Shown: one piece after another, positions 58,721 through 64,000 of the stretch
How the letters are laid out: each line of letters starts with the position of its first letter
Position numbering within the stretch: position 1 is the stretch's first letter
DNA from: Hypanus sabinus
Lineage: Eukaryota
Direction of reading: 5' to 3'
Assembly (NCBI RefSeq): GCF_030144855.1
Contig: NC_082730.1
Coordinates: 13,454,001-13,518,000 of the forward strand
Length of the DNA: 64,000 bases
Position numbers and translations under genes: made by a program
The notes under the pieces: model-generated
Database searches by the model: none
The model's input: the letters and a program-made list of their open reading frames with translations, nothing else
What the model was told of the DNA's origin: nothing

Positions 58721-61700
58721 AAGCAGGTGTCACGTCACTTGAATCTCGCTATTCTGGAGTTAGGGTATGTAGCAAATATTAATTCTCACCAGCCGCCAAA
58801 CTAGAGATTTGAATGTGGATTGCAGATTGGATTTAGAAAAACAGCTCAGTGCAATTAGACCTCAGATACCTGCATGTTCATGAATGCAGCCTAGAGTCAG
58901 TGGAGATTACCATTCATTTTGGGTGTCTGGAGTGTGGGTGCAAGGTAGGAGGTGTTTGAAAACTACATGTAATTCAAAGGAAGCACTGTAGATACATTGT
59001 AACTATAGACTTGTCCCACTGCTTCCTTTGATCCTTAACATATAAAAATGTTATGTAATATTGGGTCGGGAGACCTCTTCTTACAAGTGTGTTTCAATAT
59101 GATGCCTGCTGCTCATTTTTGTTGAGTAAAAAACTTCTATCTCCATTAGATCCAATGTCTTTCCGGTGACCTTGTTCATGTCACAACACTATTTTATAGG
59201 TTTTTTTTTATCACTGGAATTTACAGTTATCTCTAGTCTGGTATGAAGCAACCACGACTACCTTGAGGTTGTTTTCTCCTTTGTTTTTTTTTTCAGAATT
59301 TCTTCTTTTTGTTCTTCCTTGCTCTGGCAACATTTAATCAAATGGCCGTGAGTGGCAAGTTTCATGCTTCATTCTTGAACCACTGGATCACAAAAGTAGC
59401 AGGATCCGATGAAGGCCATTATAGGGTGTCTATACTTAGAGGGTAAATGTTTAAGTTGAGAAGCAGATGGTTCAAAGGGGATCCAGGTGCTAAACTTTTC
59501 ACACAAGAAGTAGTTGAATGAGCTGGCAGAGATGGTGTGGAGGAAGGTGCAGTGACAATGATTAAGAGGCAGCTGGAAACGTACCTGAATGAGCAGACAG
59601 CAGAACATTGAAGTAATCTGGGGTTAGTATAAGTAGGCATGATTGTGGGCAGTGGGCTAAAAAGTCTCTTTCTCTACTGGACACCTCAATGGCTCTGTGA
59701 CTCAATGAGACCTTGCAACAAATACTTCAAATGCAAAACAAGCACTTCCCCATTTCTGATGTTTCCAACAACAGCATTTCACATATCTTTATTACTAGTA
59801 ACCTGTGGTCCTCTGTAGTGTGTTGAGGAAGTACTGAGCAGCTTTCGTGTACTAACTGCTCCACTGAGAACTAGCGTTCTGTTCCAGTAAAAGCTCAGTG
59901 GGTGATGCTCTGGTCATCAAGTCAGTTCTATTTCCAGAAACCTGGGCACTGAGGGGGTGCTGTATTGAGGGAGCTGGCACTGTTGGAGGTACTGACTGCC
60001 ACGGCTGTCCTGGGACCAACCTATCGATGCAGCTGCAAAGAAGGCACAACGGCTATATTTCATTAGGAGTTTGAGGCGATTTGGTGTGTTGCCAAAATTG
60101 CTTAGAAACTTCAACACATGTAACTGATGCATCACTGTCTGATGTCGGAGAGGTGCTACTGCACAGGATCAAAATAAACCACAGAGAGTTGTAAACTTAG
60201 TCAGCTCCATCATAGGCACTAGCCACAGCATCCAGGACCTCTTCAAGGACTGGTTCTTCAAAAAGATGGCATCCATCATTAAGGACCCCCATCACCCAGC
60301 ACATACTCTCTTCTCATTGCTAACATCAGGGAAGATGTACAGGAGCCTGAAGGCACCCACTTAATGATTCAGGAACAGCTTCATCCTCTCTGCCTGAGGA
60401 TTACTGATTGGACATTGAACCCATGAACACCACCTCACTACTTTTTAAAAATTCTTATTTTTGCACTACTTATTTAATTTAACTCTTTAATATATATGTC
60501 TACTGTAATACATTTTTTTTCTTTTACAATGTATTGCATTGATCTGCAAAGATCTGCCTACTATCGCAAAGATAACAAATTTCCCGACACATGCCAGTGA
60601 TGTTAAACCTGATTTTGATTCTGATTGATGAAACCTTTAGCTGAGCCACTCTCTGATCTTTCAGGTAACTGCAGAATGAGGGGTATAGATAGGGTAAATA
60701 CAAGCAGGTTTTTTATCCTGAGGCTGAGTGAGACTAGAACTAGAGGTCACAGGTTAAAGGTGAAAGGTGAAATATTTACAGGGTAACTGAGGGGGATTTG
60801 CTTCATTCAGAGGGTGGTAAAAGTGTGTTAGCAGAAATAGTGGATGAGGTTCATTGTAAAATTGAAGAAGGTTTGGGTCAGTGCATGGAAGAGAGGGACT
60901 GGAGGACGAGCGTCTGGTGGATGAGACTAGGCAGATAGAACAGGTTGACATGGACTAGGTAGGCTGGATGGACTGTTTCTTTGCTGTAGTACTCTCTGAC
61001 TCTATCAAAGAAAATTTATTGTCAAAGTACATATATGTCACCATATACTATCTTGAGATCATTATCATGCAGGCTTTCACAACAGAACAAACAAATACAA
61101 TAGAATTGATAAAAATCAACCCACAAGCAGAGACTGTGCAAATGCAATAAAAAGTAAATTACTAAATAAATAAGCAAGTAAGTAAACAACTAAACAAATG
61201 AAGGAATACTTAAACAGATAAATAACTAAATAAAACAAAACAAAACCAAGTTGTAGAGTGGCTATGACTGGTGTTGTTTTGTAGAAAAATATGTGACTGA
61301 TCTGCTTTCCTGGGCAAGAAGTATGCTACCACTGTCTTCACCAAAGCTGCCTTTCTGCAAATGACCACATTGGCATTTGTGGGAGGTTGTTGTATGCTCG
61401 TTGGTTCCTGGTTTTTCCACAAATACATTTGCTCATAACAACCACAGCATCAACAGCGTGCAATTACCCCCTGTAGGACTCCTCTGTCAGCTTAGATCAT
61501 CAGGGCTGCTTGCTAATAAGGGTAGAATCAGAAACAGGCTTGATATCACCGGCGTACATCATGAAATTTGTTGTTACGCGGCAATACATAATAAAAACTG
61601 TAAATTACAGTAAGATGTATATGTTTTTAAAGTTAAATTAAATAAGTAGTGCAAAAAGAGACAAAGAAATAGAAATAGTGTTCAATGGGTTCAATGTCCA

Positions 61701-62385
61701 TTCGGAAATCTTATGGCAGAGAGGAAGAAGCTGTTTCTGAATCATTGAGTGTGTGCCTTCAGGCTCCTGTATCTCCTCCCTGATGGTAACGATGAGAAGA
61801 GGGCATGTCCTGCATTTGGTGGGTCATTAATGATGATGCAGCCTTTCTGAAGTATCACTCCTTGAAGGTGTTAACATTTGATGTAGCAATGTTTATCAAA
61901 ATAATTAATTCATCTGATGAGAACGAGCAGAATGTTAGTTCCCCTTATTCTTGACCTGCACCTCCTCTACATTTCCACTTCTGCTGAATCACTCAGGGCC
62001 ACATATTGTACTTGCTTGCAAATAAACCTCCCTCTTTCAGCATAAAGCACCAGTTAAAGGTGGCGTGGTGTGAGAACAATCTGTGACTCTTCTAGACATT
62101 TTACCATCAGCCAGTCATGAACATGCTGGAACACTTTTCTCTTGCTTGGATTGGTGTAGTTCCAAGAATGCTCCAAATGTTTAACATAGCTTAGGGGAAC
62201 TTCATCTGCTTGACTGGGATCCCACCCACCGCCACAGTTATTCTGTTCCCGCAGACTCCTCAGAATGTATATATTTACTTGTCTTGGCTCCCCCAGTTTC
62301 TCATGGGCTGCAATGGCATCATTGATGATATATCGCGACAACATTGTGATCCCTACTGATGACCTGTTCCGGCTCTCTCCTACCA
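58721..62385 (+). other. Possible small exons of an unidentified plus-strand gene
   Basis: AG/GT-bounded segments with pyrimidine tracts at 58721-58764, 59297-59347 and 62255-62385; stop-free joins exist but no product recognised. Confidence 0.25.
59980..60620 (+). mobile_element. Rex1-like LINE 3' fragment
   Basis: aaagaaggcacaacggctatatttcattaggagtttgagg..aaggacccccatcacccag..ctgattctgatt. Confidence 0.8.
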
Positions 62386-63160
62386 GTAATGGTAATGGTG
62401 GTCTGCTTTCCCCCTTCACTGTCAATCCCTGTCACTACACTTGGGTTCACAGGAAATCAGTCGATCACACGAGTACAAAGAGTAGGAGGATTTGCCATCA
62501 ATGCTACAGGATTGAGAGAACATCTATGATTCTGTGTTTCAATTGTTAAAGGGCAGTTCAAATTGTAGGGTTATAAATACCTGAAGAAAGTAGCTGCTGT
62601 TAAAAACAGTTGTCCGTTCTTGACATGGACACAAAGGGGGCAAGTGATTGGAGCAGAGCTCTTGGGCTAGATCAGAAATGGCGGAAACAGCTACAGAGGT
62701 GTGAGTGGGATAACTGAATGATAGATACTGCTTTAAATAACCAAGAATGATAAGAATAATACTTTACACGTTTCTATTTTGATTTAAAAAAACCTTGAAG
62801 GTGCACATTGGTATCGTTGCTTTGCTGCTTCCCAGCAAACCTGTCTGAAATATCTGAACCACATTTCAAATTAATGAAGCAAAACACTGTTGGGTACATT
62901 GATAAGAAGAATCTTTAGAGTTAAGGAAAGAATGTATGTTTGGGTGTCTAGCATGGAGATCTGGGTTCCTAGAAATGGGTAATGTAGAGATCATGAGCAC
63001 GGGCAGGAATGTGTCACTCGGAGTGAGAGATTGTCTCTGTGAGAGGTTCACTGCACCATCCACCCCTGGCCCTCTGCCCCACACTTCCCTCTCACTGTCA
63101 CACCACCCTCCGCACTGAAACATGAACCTCCATCCTGCTGTTCCACATCACTTGTCAAAT

Positions 63161-63372
63161 TGAAACACACACATGCACCATCCCATTGCCCCGCACGCCT
63201 CCATTCCATTTCTCCAGAACCTCGCCCTGTTGAAACACATACCCTCACATCCCAATGCCCCAATCATCTCCATTCTATTGCTCCAGAGCCTTGTCCCATT
63301 GAAACACACACCCACCCATCCCAATGCCCCACACACCTTCATTCCACTGCTTCAGAAGCTTGTCCCATCAAT
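63161..63372. repeat. ~70-bp minisatellite, 3 copies
   Basis: tgaaacaca..catccca(t/a)tgcccc..tccattc..ctccaga.c units start at 63161, 63231 and 63300. Confidence 0.85.
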
Positions 63373-63689
63373 ACTCACTCCCTCCCATCCCACTGAGAAG
63401 TTCTCTTATACTCTTTCTCATCATAATTTATCCACGCCTGTGCCGACATCAAGACCAGTATTGGTCTGTTGTTAGCAGCTAAATTAGGCACATTTGTGAA
63501 GTCCTGATGTGCAGTTTCAACCTAAGATGTTGACATTTCCTTCTCCTGTCCCACAGATGCTGCTCGATCCAATGAGTTCCTCCAGTAAACTGTTTGTTGC
63601 TGCAGACTCCAGCATCTGCAACTCTGGTATGTCCACATTGCTACCTTACACACCATCCCAAATATTGTATCAACTTTGTGTAATCAAAT

Positions 63690-64000
63690 AAGATATAGGA
63701 GCAGAATTAGGCCATTTGGCCCATTGAGACTGCTCTGCCATTCAATCATGGCTGAGTTAACTTCCCTCTGTTTTAAATCAACCCAATAACTTGACCTCCA
63801 CAGATGTCTGTTGCAATGAATTCCACAGATTCACCACCCTCTGCCAAAAGAAATTCCTCCTTATCTCTGCTGTACAGGGGTGTCACTCTGTTCTGAGGCT
63901 GTGCCCCCGGGCCCTTGACTACCCCACTATGGGAAACATCCACCCCACATCCACTCCATCTAAGTCTTTCAATATTCATCAGGTTTCAATGAGATCCCTC
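63690..64000 (-). mobile_element. CR1 LINE 3' end
   Basis: ggagcagaattaggccatttggcccattgagactgctctgccattcaatcatggctga tail, shared with 57760-57810. Confidence 0.85.

Noticed and set aside
63148-63475. His/Pro-rich ORFs on both strands
   Set aside because: Products of the 70-bp minisatellite.

Overview
Eukaryotic, repeat-rich vertebrate DNA (about 42% GC). The mix of V-SINE, Rex1-like, CR1 and Penelope repeats suggests a cartilaginous fish, probably a ray (inference). The main content, not visible in the ORF track, is a tandem cluster of three minus-strand CD300/pIgR/MDIR-like immune receptor genes that I reconstructed exon by exon from splice signals and paralog alignment. Gene B (42453->28961) is intact: leader, THREE tandem V-set Ig exons, stalk, transmembrane exon with Arg, and a short Tyr-free tail (471 aa). 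Gene A (54735->47071) has one Ig exon carrying a single nonsense codon. Gene C (14248->2060) is a truncated pseudogene. Between genes B and C sit two head-to-head BEL/Pao LTR retrotransposons: a near-complete 7.46-kb element and a 3.1-kb recently inserted deletion derivative. The derivative lost every catalytic or structural domain yet keeps one ~521-aa open frame. Other content: hAT transposon relics, a nested solo LTR, a Ty3/Gypsy relic, Penelope-like elements with hammerhead-ribozyme motifs, many LINE/SINE fragments, and possible small exons of an unidentified plus-strand gene at 58.7-62.4 kb. No rRNA, tRNA gene or CRISPR array was seen. All alignments were done by eye; TE fragment boundaries are approximate.
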